Source: Octopus sinensis
Lineage: Eukaryota
Length of the DNA: 64,000 nt
Direction: 5' to 3'
Assembly (NCBI RefSeq): GCF_006345805.1
Contig: NC_043008.1
Location: forward strand, 2,108,001 to 2,172,000
A program made the translations under genes and the position numbers. Positions 12,198 to 25,309 of the stretch are shown piece after piece. Under the pieces are notes generated by a model. The model had not been told where the DNA came from. It saw nothing but the letters and a program-made list of their open reading frames with translations, and ran no database searches. Position 1 is the stretch's first letter, and each line of letters begins with the position of its first letter.

Positions 12198-13422
12198 TAC
12201 GCGGGTCGACTGAAATGTTTATCACTCGATTAATACACTCTCATGAAATGTGACCAAATAAAATTTGTTTTACAAAATAGTCGCACTTCCAGTCCACATA
12301 CTCCTTCCATCGGTGTCGCAGTACTTGAATCCCATTGATGAATAAGCTTTCATTTGTTTCGTAAAATAGAGATGAACTACTGATGTGACGTCAAGTCTTT
12401 TTTTCATATTTGAGAACAAATGATAGTTAAATGTGAAAACGTCATGAGCATAAAGAGGGTGACCCAGTAGATTAAGGTCACAATCATGCACAGCGGGCAT
12501 TAAAATCAAAAATTTGTAAGTTGGAGCATTATCCTGATAAAATAAAGCTCCTTTCTCAGTTTTCCTACGCGTTTGGTCATTATAACCTTTCGTAATTGCC
12601 TCCGCAAGTTTGCATAGTACACTCCACTAATGATGTGGCCATTTTCTAGATACACAATAGACGTAATGCCTTTTGCACCCCAAAAAATTGATGGCTTCAA
12701 CTTCTCTGCAAATGGAACGATCTTGGTATCCGTGACAGCAGGTGAGGAATGGTGATTCTTCGACATAGATTGTGTCTATATCTGGCTCAAACAGATTAAC
12801 CAAACACCCGTCATGGTGTAAGAAGCTTTCAAGGTTACTAGCTGACTCTACCTCAAACAATGTCAGATTTTGATGTGATGTGATCAGCCTAGAGCGCTTT
12901 TGATCAAATCTCAGAAGTGGCACGCACCGAAAAGAAACGTTCGTCATGCCAATTTATTGCGCAGAACATACTCCACTGCTTATAGTAGTGGCTATTTGAT
13001 TTAAATTGATCTACCAGACATTCATCATCATGTGTTGAACACGATGAATATCTTTCTAACTGTTGGAAGTGGCAGGACATCTACAAGTCAGGTCTTCAAC
13101 ACTCTTCCTTCTCTTCCTAATTTCAGCTGCCCGATTTTGCACTGTTGATAAACCTAGAGCCTCGTCGGCTTCTCTACTAACCATGTCAGCATGGCTGTCC
13201 TTCGGGATTCCCGCAGTTGATTAATATCAGCACTATCTAAATTTTGTCCATTTTAAAAACAGGTCGTTACTAGTTATTTCTGAAGTTTTCTTTAATCAGT
13301 TTACCTGGAAAGAAACGATTAAATTATACATAAGTAGAGTTGAAATTAAAGCACGCGAGATTTCGTATTTCTAGGATAAAGCTTTCATAGTCAGCCTATG
13401 AACTTTTCAGCCCATCGGCTTA
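12198..13422 (-). mobile_element. Degenerate mariner (Tc1/mariner, DD34D-type) DNA transposon with both TIRs; transposase pseudogene
   Basis: Left end TA-cgcgggtcgactgaaatgttt (12198); right end gtcagcctatgaacttttcagccc...ta (13390-13422). Minus-strand fragments: MDKI..HADMV, SFRCVPLLRFDQKRSRLITS (~SARWVPRLL), IFWGAKGITSIVYLENGHIISGVYYANL, LFYQDNAPT, HPLYAHDVFTFNYHLFSNMKK (~HPPYSPDLAPSDYHLF). Multiple stops and frameshifts. Confidence 0.9.
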
Positions 13423-15600
13423 TGTTTCTGCTCTAATGGACATCCGTAATGATCCTATGATATCAATTACATAGTCTCAATTGTAATAGATTCTACAGTA
13501 TTAACACTATTGAATTATCATATAATTTTTGTGATGATTCACTATTGACATAGAACATCCTTAATCTATGTTCCTAGATTAACTTAATTTGGAAATTGGA
13601 ACTGTCTATCATGAATGCCCACGGCATTTTAAATGCTGTCACTATCAGCGTAAGCAATAACTGTTTGATTAATTTTGTTACATGACACTGCTGCATTGCA
13701 TGGAGAGATATTAACAGTACATATTAATAAATTATTCTGTAATGAGACGTTATGAAGTGAGAACACTGGAACGGAGCCATTGGGCTCATGCTGCTGGTAA
13801 ACATGCAGTTTAATGGTGGGAAGGAAACCAAGAAGGATAATGAAATATTTGGTAACACCAGATATTTCTGCAGTACATCACAGTGAATGTGCAGTAAATA
13901 CACTTTACTGGTACAATAAAGGGTAGAACATGATCAATGAGAGATTGTAACCACGTTCTAGGTACTCTATTGATTGCACAACCTTGCAGCTCTCAACGGC
14001 TTCATGGTAGTAAACGAAAGCGATATAAATCGCCTTTTGAATAAAATTCTGATATATTAGACCTAACATTGAAATATGATCATGTAATTAATCAATAGTA
14101 ATTTCATTCATGTTATGTTGATAATAATTTTTTTCTCCCAGAATTAAAAAAAAGAAATATTAAAAGCGAAAGTAGTAAGTGGACTCCAGTCATAAAAAAA
14201 AACACATCTAGCTAATATATAACTCACCCGTTTTTCTTACACATCGAATAAATGCTTTATCTAGACACAAGAATAAGTAATTTACTTGTGGTATAATAAT
14301 TTCTATAGTGATATTGAATGCAGTCATTTTGAATGAATAGAAATTTCAAAATACACAGTAAAATACCAAGGTATGAAATCGTACCTGTTTCTTGAGTATA
14401 TTTAATTATTTTCCCTATCCTATTCATTGACTGAATTCTCATAAGGTTTTAGTTGACTATTTAGACATTCTTCACTTTACAGTTTATATTTAAGCAGCAT
14501 TTAAACCATTCACTTATGGTCGTACTCATTCAAACATTCATAGGAATATTTTAGTTACAAAAGCACGCAAAACCGTTTACGCTTGGCGTATTTGATCTTA
14601 ACGTGCCATTATCTCGTAACGCAAACACATAGTTCCAACTAGCATAGAAAAAACCCACGTACTTACGATGAAGGCAAAATTTAAGTTCTTCAGGTGTTGT
14701 ACTTAATTTGCGTAGTGAGGTTAGGCTTTAGCAGATACATTCAATGTTATTATTGGCAAGTTACCGCATTTAAATTGAATCAGAATAACTAGCTAAATGG
14801 AAAATTAACTAACTGTGAAATTGAAAATCTCAGTAAAACTGGTCACTGAAAGAAATAAAATTAGATAGAGAAGTATTCTAGCACTTTTGAGTGAGTTTGT
14901 GAAGCTGAAAATGGAGACATTTTCGTAAGATATATGTAAATTCAAAGAGTAATGAAGGAAAAAGTCATAGTGACAGTAAATAACTCTGCAGCAGTAATTT
15001 GAATAAAAACTACGAGAATTTTATTTAAAAAGATCTATGGGGTGAAGTTGATCTAAATATCAGCCATGCCTTTGATGATGCACCGACAGAAGAAATATAT
15101 TTACACAAAAATACCCTGCCCTAAGGTATTTAGCAGTCATCAGCTAAATGGGAGGTCGGTTATGATACAAACAAATACACATAGTATCAAATTCGATGAA
15201 ATTAATTAAAAATCGTTATGCGTGTATAATTCTATGGATTTTCGATTAGGCAACTGATTCTTCTTCAAGTTCCTTGGTACTGTACTTATCAATGAGTTTA
15301 TATAGGGTGATTATATGTAGGGAATTAAATAGTATTCTTGTACAAAAGACAATGTTGGACATTCCCAGTTACTCTTACCTATAATATTTTACTGATAGAC
15401 TTGTTAAGATATGATATCGGTTAAAACTGGTGATAAGTGGGAGTTTGAATATTTATTTCGGATCCTCCCGTTTGAGGACGGCGTTAGCGTATGTCTGAGA
15501 CTACCTGCTTCCGAAATATAGAAAATGGTCCCAAGTCTAATTGTGGGGGCAATGTGATTGAACAAATATCATTTCTAAATTGATAAATTTGGAAATATAT

Positions 15601-15763
15601 GCGCAGGAGTGGCTGTGTTTTGTAAATAGCTTGTTTACCAACCACATGATTCCGAGTTCAGTCACACTGCGTGGAACCTTGGGCAAGTGTCTTCTACTAT
15701 AGCCTCGGGCCGACCAAAGCCTTGTGAGTGGATTTAGTAGACGGAAACTGAAAGAAGCCCGTC

Positions 15764-15800
<37 letters not shown>

Positions 15801-16025
15801 CATGTGCGTGTATGTTTGTGTGTCTGTGTTTGTCCCCCTAGCATTGCTTGACAACCGATGCTGGTGTGTGTATGTCCCCGTCACTTGGCGGTTCGGCAAA
15901 AGAGACCGATAGAATAAGTACTGGGCTTACAAAGAATAAGTCCCGGGGTCGAGTTGCTCGATTAATGGCGGTGCTCCAGCATGGCCGCAGTCAAAATGAA
16001 TGAAACAAGAGAAAAAGAAAAAAAG
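15601..16025 (+). mobile_element. SINE family A, full-length (tRNA-like head, CORE-like segment, internal (TA)n/(TG)n, A-rich tail)
   Basis: Head gcgcaggagtggctgtg...ccgagttcagtc with A/B-box-like motifs; ccttgggcaagtgtctt resembles the CORE-SINE domain; 3' ggcggtgctccagcatggccgcagtc. Homologous to the copies at 57121 and 61269. Confidence 0.9.
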
Positions 16026-17458
16026 AAAATATGAGATATGTGAAACAAATCTGTGATAGAAGAGTCTCTTTACTTTAATCTTAGAAAAATATACAATGTA
16101 AGGCAATATCATTAATTCAATTGTGGTACAGAACTAAAACAATTTATGTTTTGAAATTAGAAGATTCTCTCTGGTTCAATTCAGTAAAAAAATTTACTTA
16201 AATATGAAACATGAAATATTGCTACACAAAATATGGTAACCGGCGGAATTTTGGCATACATGCTACTCTTCATGGAAGAATAATGGTACCGTTTCTCATG
16301 GGATAGAATAAAGTCAACTATTCCGAGTAAGTGCCCAGTTTTTAAGACCTATCTCATATAAAGTTAAAGAAGATAAAGTAGCGAAATAAAGAGGAGGGGA
16401 ATGTTTGTGTTAGGAAGTTTTGGAGAAAGTTTATATTCAAGGAATAAACGAAACAAAATAACAATAACAAGGGTAATATGATGAGGAGGATTAGAGGAGG
16501 GAGATGAGAAAAAGAGAGAGAGAGGGGTGGGACGATAACGACAACGAATGCGATGTTGAGACAACAAAGGGGATGAGGACGACAATTATGATTATGGCAA
16601 CGAAGACAACAACGATTGTATTGACAATTCGAGGGGGGGGCAGTAAGAGGACACGCCAAAATTGTATTTCTTCATTTGCAGCATCAAGATCTTCATGATC
16701 ATTATTATGATCATTATTATGATCGTCATTACCATCATCATCGTAATCGTCGTCGTCACCATCATCATCGTTACTATGACGTCATCGCTGCTAGCGCTAA
16801 ACATAGCCATGTATACAGAAACGCATGATGGCAACGTTGTTTCGTATATCAATATATAAACTGGAATGGCATGTTTACGTATATAATCGATATTAAACGA
16901 GTGTAAGAGAGTTTAAAGTAAACATATTTCAAATATCTAAAAATTAGAATGTATTGAAAAGAGTAGATTAAGTACAAATATATACTTAACATATATACAT
17001 CCATGTACGTGTATTTATATCTATATGTGCGGCCATGTATGTTTCCCTGGTTTCTCTACATTTATTAAAATTGCCCGTACTATTTTTTTTTACCTTCTAG
17101 TGTTAATATGTAGCTAGAAACATGTAATTTAGGAAACAAAAAACCCCGAGAGATTTATTTGATGTTGCACACTGATATAACGTTTGAAAGCGTTGAAGGA
17201 AATATTAAAAGTGTTAGTAAATTGTTTTGAAGAAATGGGTTGAGCGAGGACTCTTGCAAGGTAATAGTGGATAGATCTCATCTCCTTCTCCTGCCTTGCC
17301 TCCTCACTTGTATTTCACTTTCTCCCCTCATCATTCTCTCTCTCTTTCTTTCTCTTTCTCTTTTCCCTCTTTCTCTCTCTCTCTCTCTCTCTCTAATCAC
17401 ACACAAACACTCACATATACATGTCTGCTCATGCATACATACAGTGAAATAATAAAAT

Positions 17459-17496
<38 letters not shown>

Positions 17497-17543
17497 ATAT
17501 GCATTCGCATACCTTTATTCACATGGCTCAGATCAAAGTATAA

Positions 17544-17577
<34 letters not shown>

Positions 17578-17934
17578 ACACACACGTACAAACTCGCAGT
17601 AAAGTGTAATTATACATCCACTTATATACATGTGAAAGTGCATGAGTGTATATGTATATATATGCGTGTGTGAGTGTGTATGGGACGGTACATTTTGTAA
17701 GTGTTTGCGTATTACTTTTGTTGTTCTTGTATTACAGAATCGTTTTTTGTTTTCAGTGTGTATTTGTGTTATTAACCATAATATGCATACATAGATACGA
17801 AGTGGTGGTGGCGGTTGTTTAAGCGCGGGTGTTAACGGTAGAATTGATGAGATCTTTGAATGATTCTTGAGATGGTTTTTAGAGAAGGTTGACAGTAATA
17901 AACACACGTTCTGTAAGGGGAAATAGTAAGCATA

Positions 17935-18080
17935 GTTGAAGGAGAAGAAGAAGAAGAAGAAGAAGAAGAGGAGGATGGGGATGTGCAGCAACAACAGGAA
18001 GAAGGTTAAATGAAGAAGAAGAAGAAGAAGAAGAGGAGGAAGAGGATGTGCAGCAGCAGCAGGAAGAAGGTTAGAATCAA

Positions 18081-18112
<32 letters not shown>

Positions 18113-18560
18113 AAGAGGCAAAGAAGAAGGAGAAAGAAGAAGAGAAGAGAAGAAGAAGAAGGAGGAGAAGAAGAAGAAGAAGAAGAGGAGGAAGGGGATG
18201 CGCAGCAGCAGCAGGAAGAAGGTTAAAATCAAGAAGAAGAAGAATGAGTTGAAAATGAAGAAGGTAAAGACGACGAAGAAGGAGAAGAGGGGAAGAGAAA
18301 GGAGAAGAAGTTGAAGAAGAAGAAGAAGAGGCAAATAAGAAGGAGAAAAAAGAAGAAGAAGGAATAGAAGGAGAAGAAGGAGGAGGAGAAGAAGAATGAG
18401 GAGAAGAAGAAGGAGGAGGAGGAGTTGGAGGACGAGAACAAGAAGAAGAAGAAGTAGAAGAAGAAGAAGAAAAAGAAGAAGGAGAAGGAGGAAAGAGAAG
18501 AAGAAGGAGGATGGGAAGGACGAGGAGGAGAAGAAGAAAAAGTAAGGGTGTAGTTGAACG
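17935..18560 (+). repeat. Degenerate (GAA)n polypurine tract with an embedded higher-order unit
   Basis: About 620 bp almost entirely A/G on this strand; source of ORFs 18006..18627. Confidence 0.95.
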
Positions 18561-19399
18561 AGAAGTGGGTGGTGGAATGCGAGGTGAGAAGCGAAGCCCA
18601 AAGAAACTCAAACAGCTTCAGCAACATTTATTAATTATGTTAACAAATGTGGCGAGTTTCACCTTCACGCTTTACTGATCTCTAAACTTATTGCAGGTAA
18701 TATCTGGTTCCTGAGGTTGGAAGTGAAAACAGACGGGGATTTGTTGTTCACTCTTAAGAAATGTATGAATTAAACAGTTTAAGGATACAGTATATTATTA
18801 TAATGAGCCAACGCACAAAGCCAACGCCTTTGGATATAACTCGGCCTTATTTCTGTAGTAGTCATAAGTCCTTAATATCGAACACATTTTTATGAAGTAA
18901 ATTTTGGATAACGTGACCCCAAAATCACTTTTACTGCATGAAAGAAATAGTTAAATCGTAATAGGTGCGGCAGTAAAGTATTTTACATCATTGAATTGGG
19001 GAATTACAAGAGGTGACCTGAAGCGAAACGAGCGCAACGTTGACGATTACTTACAAGGAAGACAAAAATAAATTAATGAGCATAAAATATGAAAATAAAT
19101 CAATTATCAACCCATAATATTGAGCAAAATTTAAACAGGCAAACGTGTTAGAAACAAAATTAAAATGCTAATGTTTCTAGTACATGTGAAGGCATTAATA
19201 CATATCCATTGTAAAATTCCTACTTCGCGAGACAAAACGCTTAACGAAATTGCTTCTACCTTTGCCGAGGTCATTATTGGTTCCATTTTTCGGAGGTCTA
19301 TGGAATAAGTTGAAGAGAAGAGAAACTTTCGATGTAATTGACTTCTCACATTCCTTAAAATTGCTGCACTTTTGCATATTTTAGAGTGTTATTATTAAT

Positions 19400-19423
19400 A
19401 ATTTTTTTGTTGTTGTTGCTGTT

Positions 19424-19460
<37 letters not shown>

Positions 19461-19523
19461 CCACCACCAACAACAACACCATCACCACCACCACTACTAC
19501 CACCACCACCACCACCATCACCG

Positions 19524-19554
<31 letters not shown>

Positions 19555-19565
19555 TATTATTATTA
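19400..19565. repeat. Compound trinucleotide microsatellite (TTG)(TCA)(CCA)(TCA)(TTA)
   Basis: Read directly from the sequence. Confidence 0.95.
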
Positions 19566-19699
19566 AAGACGAAAAGCGAGGTGCGATTGCAATAGATATT
19601 TTATTGGTTCAACGATATTTCGACTGCAAACCTGTCTTAGTCGAGTTCAAAATAAAATGTCAGAAAAATTCAAAAGGATAGAAATTTAAATCTAAATTA

Positions 19700-20620
19700 T
19701 GAACGAACGCAATGAAGTTTGGACAAACATTTTACCACCAGAGGAGGGATTGCACCATGCCTACCCCCACGGCAGTTAATTTTGCTAATGTCTTCATGAC
19801 GAAATTCGAGACACGGTTACTTAAGACATTCAGAATCCCTACATGGTCATGAACCAAGAACCTGGTTCATTGATGTCGTCTTGTTTGTCTGGGAGTATCA
19901 CAGGGTAGTTTAACTGAATTCTTGCATTTGGTGACTGTTATGCTAAAAACTACGGCTTGAAGTCCAACATAAAATTTACGATGTGACAGAATTTCGTTAC
20001 TAATTAGCTGGCACCGAAATTTCGCTGTTATTTCAAGAGTGCTGCATGAAAGTTAGCAGCATCTTGCGGGAAGATATCCCCGTTTCAAACACATATTTCC
20101 TCAGCCACTATTGTAGCCTTTCGATGGAATAATAATATAAGTGATCTATTGAACTCTATTTCTTACTCCAATAAAACTAACATTGGAGTATATTACTCTG
20201 TACCATGAAGAACAGCCGTAAGAGAGGTAAGCCCTGCTTATCGTAGAACAACATGAGTCAAGTGAATTCATTCAGGAATCATAATAGAAATGTTATGATC
20301 TATGCAGAAGGTGGTACATGTAGATATTCCCACTTGGTGTACACGTCAAGATGCATGAATCAGAACTTGATTTATGCTGGTTGTACAACAGAATAATTAA
20401 ACAAGAGATTTAATAGGCACAATAACAGTAGTGCAAAAGAAATTGTCGAACATTTTGCTTCAAATGGTCGCAATTTTGGAAAAGACTTGAAAGTGCATAT
20501 TCCTCAGAAAATATTCTGAATCTGCTACTCTTTCAGTACTCAAAATGCATGAGGAGAAATGTATTTGCGGGTTATTAATTAATAAAATGACAGGAGGAGA
20601 ATTTCATCAAATTTATACAA
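19700..20620 (+). mobile_element. Decayed, 5'-truncated Penelope-like retroelement (RT + thumb + GIY-YIG)
   Basis: In order: GQTFYHQRR..TPTAVNFANVFMTKFETRLL (RT motif 4); WFIDVVLFVW (YIDD-like); QGSLTEFL; SNIKFT; RFKHIFPQP..IVAFRWN..ISDLL; then CRYSHLVYTSRCMNQNLIYAGCTTE*LNKRFNRH...IVEHF (from 20319). Confidence 0.85.
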
Positions 20621-20827
20621 AACTCTTTGATTGAATATTTTTCTTCGTTTTCCTTTCCTTTTTTCTTTCCATTTTTCTCTCTTTTTCTTTTCGCAGTTAT
20701 GAAATTGAATGTCGATGAAGACTTATGATATCATTCCATCAACGTGTGGAAACTGGTTGATCTCGTTCATATTTTAGATTTGAATTTCCATCATCTTGAA
20801 TTTTGAAGTACTACTACTACCATCACC

Positions 20828-20864
<37 letters not shown>

Positions 20865-22962
20865 TTCTTTTGCCGTTTTCGACAGCTGAAATTGTAATTA
20901 TTTTTTAGCAGATGTATGCAAGTAACTTCTGAAAGAGTTTCACTTGCTTTCAGTCTCAGAACGGGCGGAGAACCCGTTCCGAAAACTTTCTCGGACATAT
21001 TTCAGTCTCTCCTTTTACAAAACATGGACATCAGTTGTCTAAACAGGGGAATGGGTGTAAGAGAAAATCTATCTGCTTCCACGTGTTCAGTCGACCCGAA
21101 GCATTGTAGTCAGCCATGCGTATCGGTTGCCACTCCCTTTGACTTTTGCAAAGAACCAACGTAGAATAACAAAACACCACCACCACCAACACCCCCACCA
21201 GCAACATTAATAACGACGTCGCTAACAGCCGCACGACACGTGACAACTCCTACAAAAGCTTTCACGCTCACGCCTGCACCTGTGAGGCTCCTGCCCTCCC
21301 TCCCTCCTTCATGAAGCTGTGGGGAAGGCAGGGTAGGGAAATCAACGTCGTAAGCGTTGTCAAGGAGACCAGTGACATTTTCATCGACGACTTCATGGCT
21401 TGAAGTCGCCATACTCAAAACAGAAATGGCTCAGAAAGCCGAAAACCAAATTTACAAAATCGAGAAACACGCCACACAGGGCAGGTTTCCCGTGCAAAGA
21501 ATTTGCACAACCGAATGTATTAGTTGTTGCACGACTTTTACATAAAATATATTATCCAAACACACAATTTTGAAGGCAATAAAAGGCAAACTTACTACAT
21601 TAGCAAGACCAACATGAACAGCAGTAATAGTAGTAAAGAAAGCAGCAGCAACAACAACGATGATATTATGACTACATACATATGGAACCATATTTGAACA
21701 TCGAACACTTCCAAGCAAAAATTTCGTGTGCCATTATTTCGTTTTCTTTTTTATTCCTTTCTCCAGTACGAAACCTTGTATGATTAAGCATCAAGTTCAT
21801 TCTATACAATGGTACGGCAAGATAATTTCGGAGATGAGTATACTACTTTAAGCTGAAAGACTACAAAAATAGGATGGTGTATATGTTTAAGAATTGTATG
21901 ACGGAGAAGTTTAATGACTTCAGCGCTGTAGGAGTACACAATTGATCGGCATAATATCCAGTAGTTAGAACGAACACGGCCATACACTTGCACGCACTTG
22001 CACACACGGGCACACACACAAACATCTAGAATCAAACTAAATATATGTAAATAGCTAAGCTCTGTCTTTTATACTACAACTGTTTATTGACATCTTTGAA
22101 ATTTACGGGTAAGTGCAAGCGGTGGGACGTTTGGAAAGAGATAGAGGAGCAGGAATATAAATCTTGTCAGCAAAAATTATTTCCCAACTAAATCTGTAAT
22201 CTATACCTTAGCTTGGAGTGACCGGTGTTCGATTAACTCCTTATAGATTATTTAAATAAGAAATAGTATCGAAAATCTAGACTGGCGAACGTGAACAGAA
22301 TAAAAACGTATCAACGAATGACATAAATCTTTCAGTAACGAGTTAAACGTTTATTCTTTATAAAGCTCTGTAGTAATTTTATAGAAAAAACGAACCAAAA
22401 ATCTTAAGGATGTAACATCTGTTTATTTAATTATTTACTATAAATTTCGAAAGAGGAACGAAAATAGACACACACATTACTAAATAATGACTTAAAGTAA
22501 ACAAAGAATTCTTAGCGTAAAGGAGATATTGCATGCATATTATTGTACTACCAAAGACACAATATCAATGCACGCAGTTATACACATCCATAATCGCTGT
22601 CATTCAATGATATATCTGATATATCTGTATGTATACTGTTATGACATGGATGTATGCTGCTATGTTGTAACTAGAAGAAAACAAAAAAAAACGGTGTAAC
22701 ACTATATATTTTATTTCGCGTTTTCGCTGTCAAAAGCTGCAGGAAACACGCAATTGATCGACTCCCATCTATATTTATGACTTAAATACATGAATATATT
22801 GTGCTTAGGCGTATGTGTTTGGGTGAGAATGCCTGTGATTTTCCAAAGACAAAAGCATTAATGTATGTATGTGTGCAAAAGCACACACAAGTACTCACGT
22901 ACACACGCATACAGAGGCACAAACACACACATGAAATAGCTCTGTAAATATTTATACATCCA

Positions 22963-22994
<32 letters not shown>

Positions 22995-22997
22995 ATA

Positions 22998-23042
<45 letters not shown>

Positions 23043-23269
23043 TTATATATATGTATGTATATATATATATACATATATATATGTATATAAATATACATAT
23101 ATATATATATATATATACATACATATATATACATACACATCGACCTATGTTATATCTCATCCAATATTTTTTTTTGCTGACGCATACACATATACACACA
23201 CACAATATAAATATATATATATATATAAATATATATATATATGTATATGTGTGTATATGCGTATCTATT

Positions 23270-23340
<71 letters not shown>
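22995..23340. repeat. (CT)n/(TA)n compound microsatellite field
   Basis: Read directly; representative of many similar (TA)n fields at about 5.1, 17.5, 25.0, 26.6, 35.0, 39.6, 43.7, 47.2, 50.3, 53.3, 58.1 and 59.1 kb. Confidence 0.95.
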
Positions 23341-25264
23341 ATAATTGTGTGTAAACTACATATATGCAAAATCAATGCTTTTAATATGATGAAGAACATC
23401 ATTTTATTTTCATACCCGCAGAGATAATATATAAACATAACATACGTACCACACGAAAACGCGTCTATGAACATCTCTATATGCAATTCATGTTCATCCG
23501 GATTATGTATTTTGTATATATATACTTACAAAATCTTCAACAGCTAGAGAATTATACGCATTCAGAGAGACAGACACGGTTCTACTGAGGCATATTCACA
23601 AACACACGATTACTTTCACACAAACACGCACAGCAATTCTCACACGAATTTACAAACTTCCACAGCCACCTCATATAATAAGAGCAATTCCCAGGAGAAT
23701 GTTATTATGGAACAGAAATATCAATGGTTTCCATTCTTTAAAAATATGAACGAATAATAATAACAAAAGCACTTTGTTACTAAAAATAAATAGAAAAAAC
23801 AACAGAAACAAAGGTGAGAGCGATATAAACCGCAACATCAACAAGAACAACGTTTGGCAAACAATGGCATAATCACACAACTCGCTCTCTAGTCTCTCTC
23901 TCTCTCTCTCTCGCTCTGTGTCTTGCTTGCTTTCCCCTCCCCTTTTCTCTCTCTGTCTCTTTCACACTCTCTCACACAACCACAAGCACACAGAAACAGA
24001 AGCAGAAACCTGTAAACGCTCACATAATCTCTCGCTGACGCTCACTCGCAAACTTGCTCAAATTCACTCGCATAAACGCACAAAGAACAACGATAGTGAC
24101 AACAACAATAAAACCAAGATTTTGTTTGTCATTTCTCTGAGGAAAAAAAAAATAATAATCACATACACATACGCAGACAAACGCACAAATACAAACACAC
24201 TAGCGCACATGTACACATACACACATGGGAAATAAAATAAAACAGCGATAATGCGAAAGCGAGTGTGAAACATCAAACTCGGAAAAATTTTAACTATCAC
24301 CATGTTGTATTAACATAATATGAACACCCTGGTTTGATTTGAACATGTTAGAGGTGCTGAACAAATAAATAAATGCATAAAGATAAAATTATTATCTATT
24401 GTGCGTTGCCATGACAATATGTTGCAGAATGTTACAAGTGTTCAATGTTGTAAAGCTTATCAGTAGAATTATAAACGTAAATAATCAGAAAATAAAGGAA
24501 AGGGGTAAACAAACAAAACAAGCAAAAAAGAAGCAAAAAGTAAAATAAAAATGTACACAGAAAAATCTTTGATCCGCTGCGTTGTTATTAACAGTAACAA
24601 TGCTAAAGCACTTTTTATACGGTTCTGTTTTTTTTGTAATAATATTCACGGCGATGGATATTTCTCACTGCGTTCGAGTATCATTGAACATAGGGGTATG
24701 TGCGTTATGGACATTCTGCTAAGTGCTTCAGTGATATTTCAAAGGATGTGTTTCAAATATTTACTGCATTGCCCGTTCACACGTATATATTCACATTGCC
24801 TACACAGACGCTTTTTGTATATACATATATGGCCTCATAATATCACACATACACTCGTTCACTGATTTACTCCGTACACACATATATATTTATATATATA
24901 TATACAAATGTATATAATCAAGAGTGTTGTGCGCATGTTTATATATGCACACTTGTACTCCTACATTCTTCACTCCCTTTCTCTATACCCCTTCTCTCTC
25001 TCCATATATATATATATGAATATATATATATATATGTACATATATGTACACATATGTATATATATGTGTATGTGTATATATATATACATATATATATAGA
25101 GAGAGAGAGAAAGAGAGAGAGCTATATATATAGATATACATATATAAATATATATGTGTGTGTGTGTGTTTGTGTATATATGCTATATTTCACATATACG
25201 TCTCAGTGTGCGCTTATGTGTGTATTTATATATACTAATATATATATATATATATATATGTGTG

Positions 25265-25309
<45 letters not shown>

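Noticed and set aside
13450-14030. Minus-strand stretch with GPCR TM6-like text (KQLLLTLIVTAFKMPWAFM)
   Set aside because: Multiple stops in all frames and no other GPCR motif; could equally be an old LINE relic.
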